Assembly (NCBI RefSeq): GCF_009914755.1
Contig: NC_060932.1
DNA from: the human T2T-CHM13v2.0 reference genome, Homo sapiens
Reading direction: 5' to 3' (one strand)
Length of the DNA stretch: 64,000 nucleotides
The position numbers and the translations under genes are program-made. Below the pieces are notes generated by a model. That model was not told where the DNA came from and searched no databases. It saw only the letters and a list, made by a program, of their open reading frames with translations. This document shows, piece by piece, positions 1 through 14,534 of this stretch. Positions within the stretch are counted from its first letter, which is position 1, and each line of letters opens with the position of its first letter.

Positions 1-60
1 CCCCTCCCTATCTTCCTCCCTTCCTCTCCTTCTTCCTTCTTCACTCTACCTCTCTTTTTC
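1..60. repeat. CT-rich low-complexity polypyrimidine tract
   Basis: Almost only C and T (ccctcc/ttcctt units). Confidence 0.7.
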
Positions 61-789
61 TGGATTTCAGTGGTAAGTACAATATTGAATACCTCAAACA
101 ATTTACTGATAATAAATCATAACACTTTGAGAAAATACAAGGAAAATATTATAACCTTCATGTTAGCTATGTCAAACAGTAAAAATATTCTGGGAAGGAA
201 GCATTATCTTGATCTCTCGATAGCAGTTGTGTGCTAGTGACAAATAGATTTCCAGCTGGCAGAGGGAAACAGATTATTCTGAATATATGGTATTAATTTA
301 GGGTGGTAATTACTATGATTAATGTTTTTAAAACAAAATTGTGAGTTTTTCCTAAGGAATGAAATGGAAATGTTTATCTTATAATAATGTTGTGGTATTG
401 TATTAATATAAAGTGGAATAAGAAAATTACAGATGCATAGAATAGCCAAACCAAAAGTCTGAGCACCAAAAAATTGCTTTTTAAATGTCATTACCTTACT
501 ACTATAAAATGTTCTAAATTAAAATGTAGAAACTTTATTCGAGAATTTAAATTGATATACAATTTTCTGAGGCCTAAATTCAATTTCCAAAAATTAGAAC
601 TATATGAAAGAAAAAACATACCAGTTCCATTATACAAATGCAATATTGCAGATCAAGGCAATTAAAATAGCATCATTGTACAATAAAAAATATGAATAAG
701 ACATTATAAAACTTGCAAATGCTAAAGAGTAGTGGGCATTTCTTTCTAAGTAGAATTTATCTTTAATAAAGGTACTAGTATAAATGAAA

Positions 790-900
790 GGACTGTAGTG
801 CAGTGGTTAAGAACTTTGTTTCTGAAGTAAGAATGTTTTAACTTAAATACAAGTTTGTTGTCCCTGTGGTCTTTTGCAAATTATTTAACTTCTCTAAACT
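790..900 (+). mobile_element. MIR SINE fragment
   Basis: 'gtagtgcagtggttaagaac...tgtggtcttttgcaaattatttaacttctct' resembles the MIR core. Confidence 0.5.
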
Positions 901-1508
901 AGTGGGCTTCAAACATGGATTCCTGAATGTACAGAGAGAGTTTCCAAGGACATTCATGGGTGATTTCAGAAAGTCAGTTTCCAGAACCTCAAATATGTGC
1001 TATTTTCCAAAATCAACCTGCCTAGGAATGTGCTCGCAGTCAAGGTGTCACACAAGATTTCCTTTCCCACATTCTGTATCATAATTACCTTTCTTCTGTT
1101 TGACAAATTAAGGAAAAAATCACATCTAACTCAAATGTTTTCCTGGCAAATTTTCCCGGGGTTTTAAAATTTCTGGAGTGCCAAAGAAATGGCCAATTCA
1201 AATTATTTGTGTTGGTGAAGCCCCTTTAAATAGGGTTCCATAAACCCCTTCTAGGTTTCAGGGTCTTTTTACATTTTTACTAAGTGCAAATATACCATTA
1301 GAAATGAAATATTTGGGGTTTTGTTGGAAATTCTGAAATCAGATATAGGATAGAAAGGTGAGGACAAAAAATAAAAAATAATTATTATTTCACTATCTTT
1401 CCTCTTCCATGCTCTGATTATTGCCAAAAAAAAATGTATTGTTTCTGAGGGAGAACTCTATCAGAACAAAACAAAGACAGCATCAGTAAGAAATAATGAA
1501 GTGAAGCC

Positions 1509-1544
1509 TTTCTCTCTCTTTCTCTCTACACACACACACACACA

Positions 1545-1546
<2 letters not shown>
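1509..1546. repeat. (TC)n followed by (CA)n microsatellite
   Basis: Read directly from the sequence. Confidence 0.85.
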
Positions 1547-3046
<1,500 letters not shown>

Positions 3047-3085
3047 GTGTGTATGTATGTGTGTGTCTGTGTGTGTCCGTGTGTG
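3047..3085. repeat. imperfect (TG)n microsatellite
   Basis: Read directly from the sequence. Confidence 0.8.
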
Positions 3086-5583
3086 AAAGAGACCTTTCCT
3101 CCAAATTAGTATTCTGGTATATGACAGTTGTCATTAGGAAGCACATCAACATATTTTTTGAAATTAAAATTGTTTTATCCAAAAATATATTAGTAGCTGA
3201 GATGTATTAAAATTTTTCATATTTTTCTGGGAAAATAATTTTTGCATTCTAGTGAAGAATATTATTCATCCACAAATACATTAATTAATTAGCAAATAAT
3301 TTATCTTAATATATATTTTCAAAAATAAAATTTTTTGAATAATTATCAGTATGCAAATGTTGGTATTGTTTTAATATTTTGTAAAGATAATATATATGAT
3401 AATTCTAGACAAATGTTTAAATACCTAGAGTCTTATGGTCAACTACAATTTTTAAAAACAAAATTTCAATATATGTTTATATTTTTGGTTACAGAAACGT
3501 ATGATGGTGGGATTAATAAGATAAAATCAAGCAAAAAAAACCTCATTAGTATAAAATTCTGTGGGTAAAATTAAATGTAAAGACAATATCAGAGAGAAAA
3601 GGAACAGTAAAAATTTCCCACAGTTAGAGGACAATACTTTTTGTAATGAATAATGAAAGATATTCAAATGTCATATTTAAATTATATACTTTTTTAAATA
3701 ATGTAATATTTCTTTGAAACAATGCAAGTACTTGCAATATACTGGAAAGCTATGCAAACATCTAATAATGTAATTTTGAATACTGAATTAAACAAAATTA
3801 AACTTGAGTAAATGCTTTTTCAACGTATTTTAAAGCGAAGGTAAGCTAAAATGGTCCACTGCCCTACTTTACTTGTTTCCTCTTCTGTGCAATGGGAGTA
3901 ACAAAATTGTACTTTATGGGATAATCATGCAGAATATTGTGTAATGCCTGTAAATGTCCAGCACAGTTTCTGTCACAAAGGGAGCAATCAATAATTATTA
4001 GTTTTCCAAGGGAGTGAGAAGGATTATCTTTGGAGATTATGACCCTTAAGCATTACTGCATATGTTCTCCCTATTTTATTCATTTCCATATAAAAATAAT
4101 GAATAGAAATATATTATTTAAATCTAAATATAAAAAGACAACAAAATAGGGACAAGGAAATGATGAATGGGAGATCAGACCTTCTCATTGCTTTTAGAAT
4201 AGGTATTTATTTCCGGAAAAGAATCTTCATACATCTCTCTAATGTGAGGTTGCATACAAGTAATATTTAAAATTATTCATCTCTATTACCCTGAGCTATT
4301 ATCTAAATAGTATTAGATATGATCAACAACTATTTATTTTACATATGCACATGAATGATGGCATGTAGGGTGTCAGGAGCTGAACTGTTCAAGTTTCACA
4401 GATCGATGTCCATAATCTGACAGATTCTGCAGTTTTACACCATTCATTACAGACTGATGCCAGTGATGCTGTAGAGATAATAACGGTCTGAATCTCGAAT
4501 TTTGTAACTCATTTTAATATAACCAAAATTTGCTTTATTTGTGGGGGCGGAAGTAAAGTTTGGGTGTATGCTAAAATTGATGAGAATGATAAACATTCTC
4601 ATTTCTGGATCAATCATAAAGCAGTACATAGATGCCTACAAGGAAATGTACCTTTTTTTATCCAATTGTTTGACAAGAATTTTTGAGCAGGTAAAATTTG
4701 AAGCTTTGTGTTTTTACTGGCATATTTTCAAAATTTAGTCAAATGGCTAACATAATTCCAAATAAATGATGCCTTTGATTTGGGATTTTGAGTACAAAGG
4801 ATGAGTTAATTCAATAGAATAAGTGAACAGAAGTCAACACGGTGAGGAAAAACTATCAGTTAATTTTCTCCCAACAAAATCAAACATTTCTTTGTATTAA
4901 CCATAATGTCTTGGTAGTTACTCCTCATATATCTATATCCACATTTTTGCCCATCATAAACAAAAAAAGAATCCACATTGTGGTATCATGGTATTGTGTC
5001 AACTCGGCCGGGTGGAGCAACTTTTTCCATTATTTCCCTCCATATGTGTTTACAGTTAGGGTAGGACACAAAAAGAAATTTTAAACTCCTCGCCCTGTTA
5101 GCTCCAAGCCCTCCAGATTCAAATGCAAAGGCAACAGCTGTGAAAGTATTGTTTAATCATCTCCCACAATCAGAGAAGGTAAAAATCCCTATAATAATCC
5201 ATTTTATATGTACCTAATACACACATAGAAAGGTATCTTTTTCTCTAGGCATACAGGCCTTTATTTCCTCCTGTGTCACATGTATTTTGTATTTGCTGTG
5301 GTTTGTTAGCATCCTGTATCTGTACTATAGGTGACAAAGAGTCATCAAATTATATCCACCAGAATAACTGCATTGCCTTATTTACCCTGTATTCAAATGT
5401 AGTGAATAAAAGAAATTTAATAATACTAGTTAATTATTCTTACTGGGATATATTTACGTTATACTTGAAATGTATAATTTTCATTTAAGTTTTTAATCCA
5501 TACTGAGTTCATTTTTAAGTATAAGGTAAGGATCCAAGTTTATTCTTTTGCATGTGCAATGCATTATTTGTTGAAGAGACTAT

Positions 5584-5962
5584 TGGGTATGATTTGAATG
5601 CACGTGTCCCTCCAAAATTCATATGTTGGAACTTAAACCCAAGGTGGTGCTATTAACAGGTGAGGCATTTGGGGAAATGATGAAGTACTGAGGGTTTCAC
5701 CATCATTAATGGATTAGGGCTGTTATAAAAGAGGTTGAAGGAAGGACCCTAGTGCTTGCTTTTTTGTTCCCCCTGCTTCTGTCACCATCTGAAGATGCCA
5801 CAAGAAAATAGCACCTATGAAACAGGCCTTCATCAGACAGGATCTGCTGGCACCATAATCTTGGATTTCCCAGCCTCAAAAACTATGAGAAATAAATTTA
5901 TATTGTTTAGAAATTTTTCAATTTAAGGTATTTTGTTATAGTAGCCTGAATGAACTAAGATA
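5584..5962 (+). mobile_element. MLT1A/MSTD-type MaLR solo LTR
   Basis: 'tatgatttgaatg..tgtccctccaaaattcatatgttggaactt...aataaattt...tgaactaagata'. Confidence 0.8.
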
Positions 5963-7061
5963 TTATCCTTTCTAATTCTTGGCACACTTGATGAAGATCA
6001 CTTGACCTGGATTTATTTCTGTCCTCTCTATTCTGTTCTCGTTGTCTACATGTCTGTCTTTATGCCAATCTCATAATGTTTTAATTATTGTAGCTTTGTG
6101 GTATATTTTGAAATCAGGAAATGTGATGCCTCCACCTTTGTTCTTCTTTTTCAAGACTTTAAAAATATAAATGTTGATTGTGTATGTTTAAGGCACACAA
6201 CCTGATGATAAAAGATACATGTAAGTACTAACAAGCTACTAAAGTGAAGCAAATTAACACCTCCATTCATCTTTTCTCATAGTTACCCATATTTTTTGTT
6301 TTATGGCAAGAGAAGCTTAAATCTAATTATTTAGCATGAATTAGATATACAGTAAAATTTAATCCCCTATAGTCCTCATGTGGTATATTAAATATCTAAA
6401 CTTGTTCAACCTACATATGTGCTGCTTTGTATCCTTTGACACACATCTCCCCATTTCCCCCCCCTTTTCTTTTCCCACCCCTAGTAATTACTGTCTTATT
6501 CTCTCCTCTCTCCATCTCTCTCTATTTGAATTTTTTTTTGACTCCACATAAATAAGTGAGATCAGGCAATATTGTTCTTTTCATTCCTGGTTTATTTCAC
6601 TTAGCATAACATGTTCCAGTCTCATCCATTTTGTGGCAAATAGCAATATCTCATTTTTAATTTAGGGCTAAATAATGTTCCATTGTATTTATGTATCAGT
6701 TACTTTACCCATTCACCCATCATTGGACAATTAAGTTGTTTTCTCTTGGCTATTATGAATAATAATGCAATAAACATGGGAGTGCAGATTCCTTTATGAG
6801 GTGGTGATTTTTTCTTTTGGGCACATGCCCAGAGGAGAGACTGCTGGGTCATATGGTAGTTTTATTTTTAATTTCTTTAGAAATCCTCATACTGATTTCC
6901 ATAATAACTGTACCAATCTATATTCCACTAAAAGCATACAAAATTTCTTTTATCTTCATATCCTTACCAATATTTGTTATCTTTTGACTTCTTGATAATG
7001 GCCATCCTAACAGATGTTAGGTGATATCTTATTGTGGTTTTGATTTGCGTTTCCCTGATGA

Positions 7062-7464
<403 letters not shown>

Positions 7465-8134
7465 TTTTTCTCACTTTTTAATTGGGTTGTTTACTTTTTC
7501 ACTATTGAGTTGTATGAATTATTTATAAATTTTGAACATTGGCTATTTAACAGATATGTAATTTGCAAATATTTTGTTGATTGGTTCCTTTGCTGTGAAG
7601 ACATGTTTTAATTTATGTAATCCTGTGTATTTATTTTTCTTTTTGTGGCCTGAGCTTTTGGTGTGATATCCAAAACAAACATCAATGCCAAGACTAATGT
7701 CTGGAAGCTTTTCTCCTTTGTTCTTTTCTAGGAGTTTTATGGTTTATGGTCTCATATTTAGTTTTTTGTATCCATTTTCAGTTGATTTTTGTGTATGGGA
7801 TGAGACAAGGTTCCAATTTCATTTTATCTTTTTCTCTTTTTTTGCATGTTGAAATCAAGTTTTCTCAGGACCATTTGATGAAGAGATTATCCTTTCCCCT
7901 ATTATGTCTTTGTGTTCTTGTCAAAAATTTGTTAACTATTTATGTTTGAATTTATTTCTGGGCTCTCTATTTTGCTCCAATGGTCTATGTGTCTGTTTTT
8001 ATGCCAGTCCTGTACTGTTTCAATTATTTTAACATTGTAATATAATTATCCATCAGAAGCTATGATGAGGCTTCTGACTTTTTGTCTATTTTCAGATGTG
8101 TTTTGGCTACTTGAAGTTTGTATTGCTCCGTATA

Positions 8135-8240
8135 AGTTTTTATTTGTATTTTTTCTTGCAAATTTAGAAGTATAAATGCAGTTGTGTTACAGGGATATAT
8201 TGCATCGTGGTGAAGTCTGAGCTTTTACTGTACTCATCAA
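8135..8240 (-). mobile_element. short L1MA1-3-type 3' end fragment
   Basis: 'gatatattgcatcgtggtgaagtctgagcttt' matches the motif at 14585-14610. Confidence 0.55.
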
Positions 8241-8795
8241 TTTTTAATATTTCTTTCTATTTCTATTAAAAATGCCATTGGGATTTTGATTGGGATTGCA
8301 TTGAATCTGTATATCGCTTTGGGTAGTAAAATTTTAACAATATTTATTATTCTATTCCATGAACATGGAATATCTTTTTATTTATTTGTGTCTTCTTCAA
8401 TTTATTTCATCAATATTTTATAGTTCTCAATGTACAAATTTTTTACCTTCTTGGTTAAGTTTATTCCTAGGTTTTTACTTTTATGATTGCATCAAAAATG
8501 AAATTGGGTTCTTCATTTCTTTTTTATTTAGGCCATTTTTACAGAAAAATCTTATGAATTTTTGTATCTTGGTTTTGTAAACTGTGAATTTACTCAACTT
8601 ATGTATTAGGTCTAAGAGTCGTTTTGTAGAATCTTTGGGGTTTTTTACATATAAGATCACATCTGAAATAGAGATAATTTTTTCTTCTTAATTGTTTTAT
8701 CTATTCTGGATCTTTTGTGTTTCCATATAAATTTTAGATTTTTTTCATTTTTATTAAAAATGCTCTTGATATTTTAATAGGAATTACATTGAGCC

Positions 8796-9258
8796 TGTGA
8801 ACCCCAAAAATCTGAGACAGGTCTCAGTCGATTTAGGAAGTGTATTTTGCCAAAGTTGTATGGATGCACACCCATGACACAGCCTCAGGAGGTCCTGATG
8901 ACATGTCCCCAAGGTGGTCAGAGCACAGCTTGTTTTTATCCATTTTTAGGGAGACATGAGACGTCAATCAACATATGTAAGCTGAATGTTGGTTCTATCC
9001 AGAAAAGGCGGGACAAGTCAAAGCAAATGCAGGACAACTTGAAGGAGCAGGGAGGGAGCTTCCACTTACAAATGGTTGCATTCTTTTGAGTTTCTGATTG
9101 GCCTGTCCAAAGGAGGCAATCAGATATGCATTTATCTCAGTAAGCAGAGAGATGACTTTGAATAGAATCGGAGGCAGGTTTGCCTTAAGCAGTTCCCAGG
9201 TTGATTTTTCCCTTTAGATTAGTGATTTCAGGGCCCCAAGATTTATTTTCCTTTCACA
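8796..9258 (-). mobile_element. MER4A/MER4A1 solo LTR (ERV1)
   Basis: TG...CA termini; reverse complement starts tgtgaaaggaaaataaatcttggggccc; 4-bp TSD agcc (8792-8795, 9259-9262). Confidence 0.88.
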
Positions 9259-11900
9259 AGCCCTATACAACTCTTTGGGTAGTGTGGACATTTTAAAAAT
9301 ATTGAGTTTTTCAATCTATCAATACAAGATATCTTTCTATTTCTTTGAATCTTTAATTTATTTCATCAATATTTCGTACTGTTCACTGTACAAGCTTTTT
9401 GCTTCCTTAGTTAAGTTTGAATGTTTTATTCTTTTTGATGCTATTATAAATGAGTTTGTTTTACAAATTTGCTTTTTGGATAGTTTTTAAAATTAATATA
9501 CAAAAATGCAACTGATTTTTGTTTTTTATTTCTTATTCTTTACTTAATGTGTTTTACTAGTTCCAATAGTTTTCAATAGCATCTTCAGGATTTTCTACAT
9601 ATAAGATTATAATCTTCAGAGAGACAATTTAACTTTTACCTTCTAATTTAAATGTTTTCATTGTTTTTCTTGCCCAATTCCTCTTGTTTGGACTTACAAT
9701 ATTATACTGAATAAAAGCAGTCACAGTTGGTATTCTTGTTATGATCGTAGTGCTAGGGCAATGTTAGCTGTAAGCTTTTCATAAATTGCCTTTATTATGT
9801 TGAGGTATTTTCCCTCTTAGTTTGTTGAGAATTCTTATTATGAAAGAACATTTTGTACAACTCCTAGAAGAAAACACAGGGGAAAGCTTCTTAACACTGC
9901 TCTTGGCAATGATTTTATGGCTATGACATCAAAGATACAAGCAACAAAAGTAAAAAATAGATAAATCAGTGTATATCAAATTTAAAAATTCCTGCATAGC
10001 AAAGAAAACAATCAACAGAGTGAAAGACAACACTCTGACTAGGAGAAAATATTTGCTAACTATGTATGTCATAGGCAGTTAATATTCACAATATAAAGAA
10101 CTCTTACACCTCAATAGCAATTAACAAATGACAATTTAAAATGGGCTAAGGACTTCAAGAGACATTCTCCAAAGAAGACATACAAATGCAGAAAAAGTAT
10201 ATTAAAAACTGCTTAACATCTCTAGCTGTGTGAGTCCATTCTCACATTGCTATAAGGAACTACCCGAGACTGGATAATTTATAATATAAAGAAAAGAGGT
10301 TTAATTGACTCACAGTTCCATAAGCTGTACAGGAACCATGGCTAGGGAGGCCTCGGGAAACTTAATGATGGAAGGTGAAGGGGAAGCAGACACATCTTCA
10401 TGTGGCAGAACAAGAGAAAGAGAGAGTGAAAGGAAAAGTGCTACAAACATTTAAACAACCAGATATCATGAGAACTCACTCACTATCATGAGAACAGCAA
10501 GGGGGAAATCTGCTCCCATGATCCAATCACCTCTCACCAGGTCCCTCCCATAGTGCTGGTGATTACAATTCGACATGAGATTTGGGTGGGAACACAGAGC
10601 CAAAGCTTATCATTCCACCTGTGGTCCCTCACAAATCTCATGTCTTTCTCAAGTTTAAAAACACAATTGTGCCTTCCCAACAGTCCCCCAAATTATTAAC
10701 TCATTCCAGCATTAACTCAAAAGTCTAAGTCCAAAGTCTCATCTGAAGCAAGACAAGTCCTTTCCACCTATAAGCCTGTAAAATCAAAAATAAGTTAGTA
10801 ATTTTCAAGGTACAATGTGGGTACAGGCATTGGTTAAATACTCCCTTTCCAAAAGGGAGAAGTCAGCCAAAACAAAGGGGCCACAGGCCTCATGCAAGTC
10901 CAAAATATAGCAGGGCAGTCATCAAGTCTTAGAGCTCCAAAATAATCTCCTTTGACTCCTTGTCTCACATCCAGGTCATGCTGATGCTAGGGGTTGGCTC
11001 CCAAGGCCTTAGGAAGCTCTGCCCCTGTGGCTCTGCAGGGTACAGACCCCATGGCTGTTTTCATGTGCTGGCATTGAGTGCCTGCAGCTTTTCCAGGCCC
11101 ACAGTACAAGCTGTCAGTGAATCTCCCATTCTGGGGTTTGGAGGATGGTGATCCCCTTCTCATAGCTCCACTAGGCACAGCTCCACTTTTCAAAGCCCCA
11201 GTAAGAACTCTGTGGGGGGGTCTCCAACTCCACACTTTCCCTCCACAGTGCCCTATTAGAGGTTATCCATAAGGGCTCCACCCCTACAGCAGGCTTCTGG
11301 CTGAACATCCAGGAATTTCCATAAATCCTCTGAAATCTAGGTGGAAGCTCCCAAGCCTCAACTCTTCCCCTCTTTATACCTGTAGGCTTAACACCACAGG
11401 AAAGCCTTGGTGGCTTCCAGCTTACACCCTCTGGAGCAGTGGCCTGAGACCCATATCTGGGGCCCTTTTACTCACAACTGAAGCTGGAGCACCTGGGACA
11501 TGAGGCCCAATGTCCTGAGGCTGCACAGAGTGGTAGGGCCCTGGGCCTGTTTCATAAAACCATTTTTCTCTCCTAGGCCTCTAGGCCTGTGATGGGAGGG
11601 CCTGCCATGAAGGTCTCTGAAATGCCCTGGAGGCATTTTCCACATTGTCTTGTCTATTAACATTCGGCTCCTCTTTACTTTTGCAAATTTCTGCAGCTGG
11701 CTTGAATTCCTCCCAGAAAATGGGTTTTTCTTTTCTGCTACGTGGCCAGGCTGCAAATTTTCCAAACTTTCATGCTCTGCTTCCCTTTTCAATATAAGTT
11801 ACAGTTTCAGTCCGTTGCTTTGCTTATGCAGGTGAACTAGGCATTTAGAAGCAGCCAGGTCACTTCTTGAATGCTTTGCTGCTTAGAAATTGTTTCTCGT

Positions 11901-12219
<319 letters not shown>

Positions 12220-12674
12220 TCATCTCTTAAGTTCAACAGATCTGTAGAGCATGAGCACAATGTCACCACTGTCTTTGCTAAAACATAGCAAGAGTGACCT
12301 TTACTCCAGTTCCCAATAAATTCCTCATCTCCATCTGAAATCCCCTCAGCCTAGACTTCATTGTCCATATTACTACCTTCATTTTGGCCACAGCAATTTA
12401 ACAAGTCTCTCTAGGAAGTTTCAAACTTTCCATTGTCTTCTTGTCTTCTTCTGAGTCCTGCAAACTATTCCAACCTCTGCCCATTACCCAGTTGCAAAGT
12501 TGCTTCCACATTTTCAGGTATCTTTATAGCAATGTCCCACTCCCAGTGCCAATTTTCTGTATTAGTTCATTCAATCATTGATATAAGGAACTACCTGAGA
12601 CTAGGTAATTTATAAAGAAGAGGTTTAACTGACTCACAGTTCTATAGGCTACACAGGAAGTGCGGCTGGGGAGG

Positions 12675-13054
12675 TTATATGGTTTTTCTCTGTGTCTCTA
12701 CCCAAGTCTCATCTTGAATTTTAATTCCCGTGTCAAGGGGGGAACCTGTAATCCCCACATTCAAGGGAGGGAGGTAATTGGAACTTGAGGGTGGTTTCCC
12801 TCATACTGTTCTGATGATAGTGAGTGAGTCCTCATGAGATCTGATGATTTTATAAGTGTTTGGAAGTTCCTTCTTCATCTCTGCCTCTAATGCCTCCTTG
12901 TGAAGAAAGTGTCTGCTTCCTGTTCTGCCATGATTCTAATTTTCCTGAGGCCTCGCTAGCCCTGTGGAACTGCGGGCCAACTAAACCTCTTAACTTTATA
13001 AATTACCCAGTCTCAGGGAAGTTCTGTACAGCAGTGTGAAGACAGACTAATATA
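12675..13054 (+). mobile_element. THE1 (THE1D-like) solo LTR inserted antisense into the MSTA LTR
   Basis: 't.atatggttt..ctgtgtc...ataaattacccagtctcagg...gactaatata'; 5-bp TSD ggagg (12670-12674, 13055-13059). Confidence 0.88.
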
Positions 13055-14534
13055 GGAGGCCTCAGGAAACTTACAATCATGATGGAAGGCAAAGAGGGAG
13101 CAGTCACATATTTACATGGCAGAGCAGGAAAGAGAGAGGGTGAAGGGGAAAGTGCTACTCACTTTCAAAGAACCAGATCTGATGATAACACTCATTTTCA
13201 TGACAACAGCAAGGGGGAAATCTGCCCCCATGATCCAATCACCTCCCATCAGATCCCTCCCCCAACAGTGGAGATTACAATTCGATATGGGATTTGAGTG
13301 GAGACACAGAGCAAAACCATATCACTGGTTATCCAGGAAATGTAAATTAAAACCACAATGAGATATCACCCCATACATGTTAGCATGGCTATTATCCAAA
13401 AAAAAGGTAAGTGTTGGTGAGGAAATACATTATAACATCTCTATACTGTTGACTAGAATGTAAATTGGTACAGCCACTATGAAAAATTGTATAAATGTTT
13501 CTAAAAAATTAAATTATAATCCAGCATTTGAATTTTAGAATATTTATTTGGAATAATTGTAATCAGAGTTTCAAAAAGATATTATCACTTCCATGTTCAT
13601 TTCAGCACTATTTATAAAAGCCAAGATATGGAAACAACCCAAATCTCTATCAATGAATGGTTTTTTAAGTGGTATATAATATAAAAGAAATTGTTCACTT
13701 TTAAAAAAGAAAGAAATCCTAAATTTGTGACAATGTAAATGAACCATGAAGATATTACGTTGATTCAAAAGAGTCAGTCACAAAAATTAAATTGTGTGAT
13801 TCTACATATATGAGGTATCTAAAATAGTCAAACACAAAGAAACAAAGAATGAAATTGAGGTTGCTGCGGCTGGGGGAATGGAGGAATGGGAAGTTGTTAA
13901 TCAAGAGATAAAATTTTACTTGTGCACTATGTGTTAAGTTCTAGAGATTTGCTGTATAACATTATGCCTATAGTTAACAATACTTCATCATGCACTTAAA
14001 AATCGAAGACAGCAGATCTCATGTTAAGTATTATTACCACAATAGAAATAAACAAAAGAAAATAAATATAAAACAGAAATTTTATACTTTTCAAAAAAAG
14101 TTTAATTTTAAAAGCAAAATGGTTATAGAGTTTTGCTCTTTTATTCTATGGTGGAAAATCTTTCTATAAAATTTTCAGAGCTTTTAAAAGTATTTTGTAA
14201 TATTTGACATTGCCTGAAATATATATGTCAAATCACAGAATTAATCTTAATATCATTTAAAATATGAAATCTGTTACACAATAGTATATACAATTTTTGT
14301 GTCATCTATATTAAGTGAAGCTAAATGACCTAGCTAACATATCTGTGCTACTTTTCCTTTTCCTTACCTAGGTAGGAACTTGGCAGATACAATCACAATT
14401 TTAGTCATTCTGAGTCTAGAAGTATCCTCAGAATCTTTATTGACAAAAGTTTTTTTTATTTTTAATATCAAATTATTGTATTTCAAAGCACATTTCCTTG
14501 AGATGTTATTATTTTATCTTCCTTTTATGATTAA

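Noticed and set aside
4950-5215. Possible minus-strand exon (acceptor gtgtgtattag|GTAC) and open stretch LNNTFTAVAF...
   Set aside because: Weak pyrimidine tract, early stops in all frames and no recognisable protein.
10960-11835. ORF cluster of 60-106 aa
   Set aside because: Decayed MSTA internal region.
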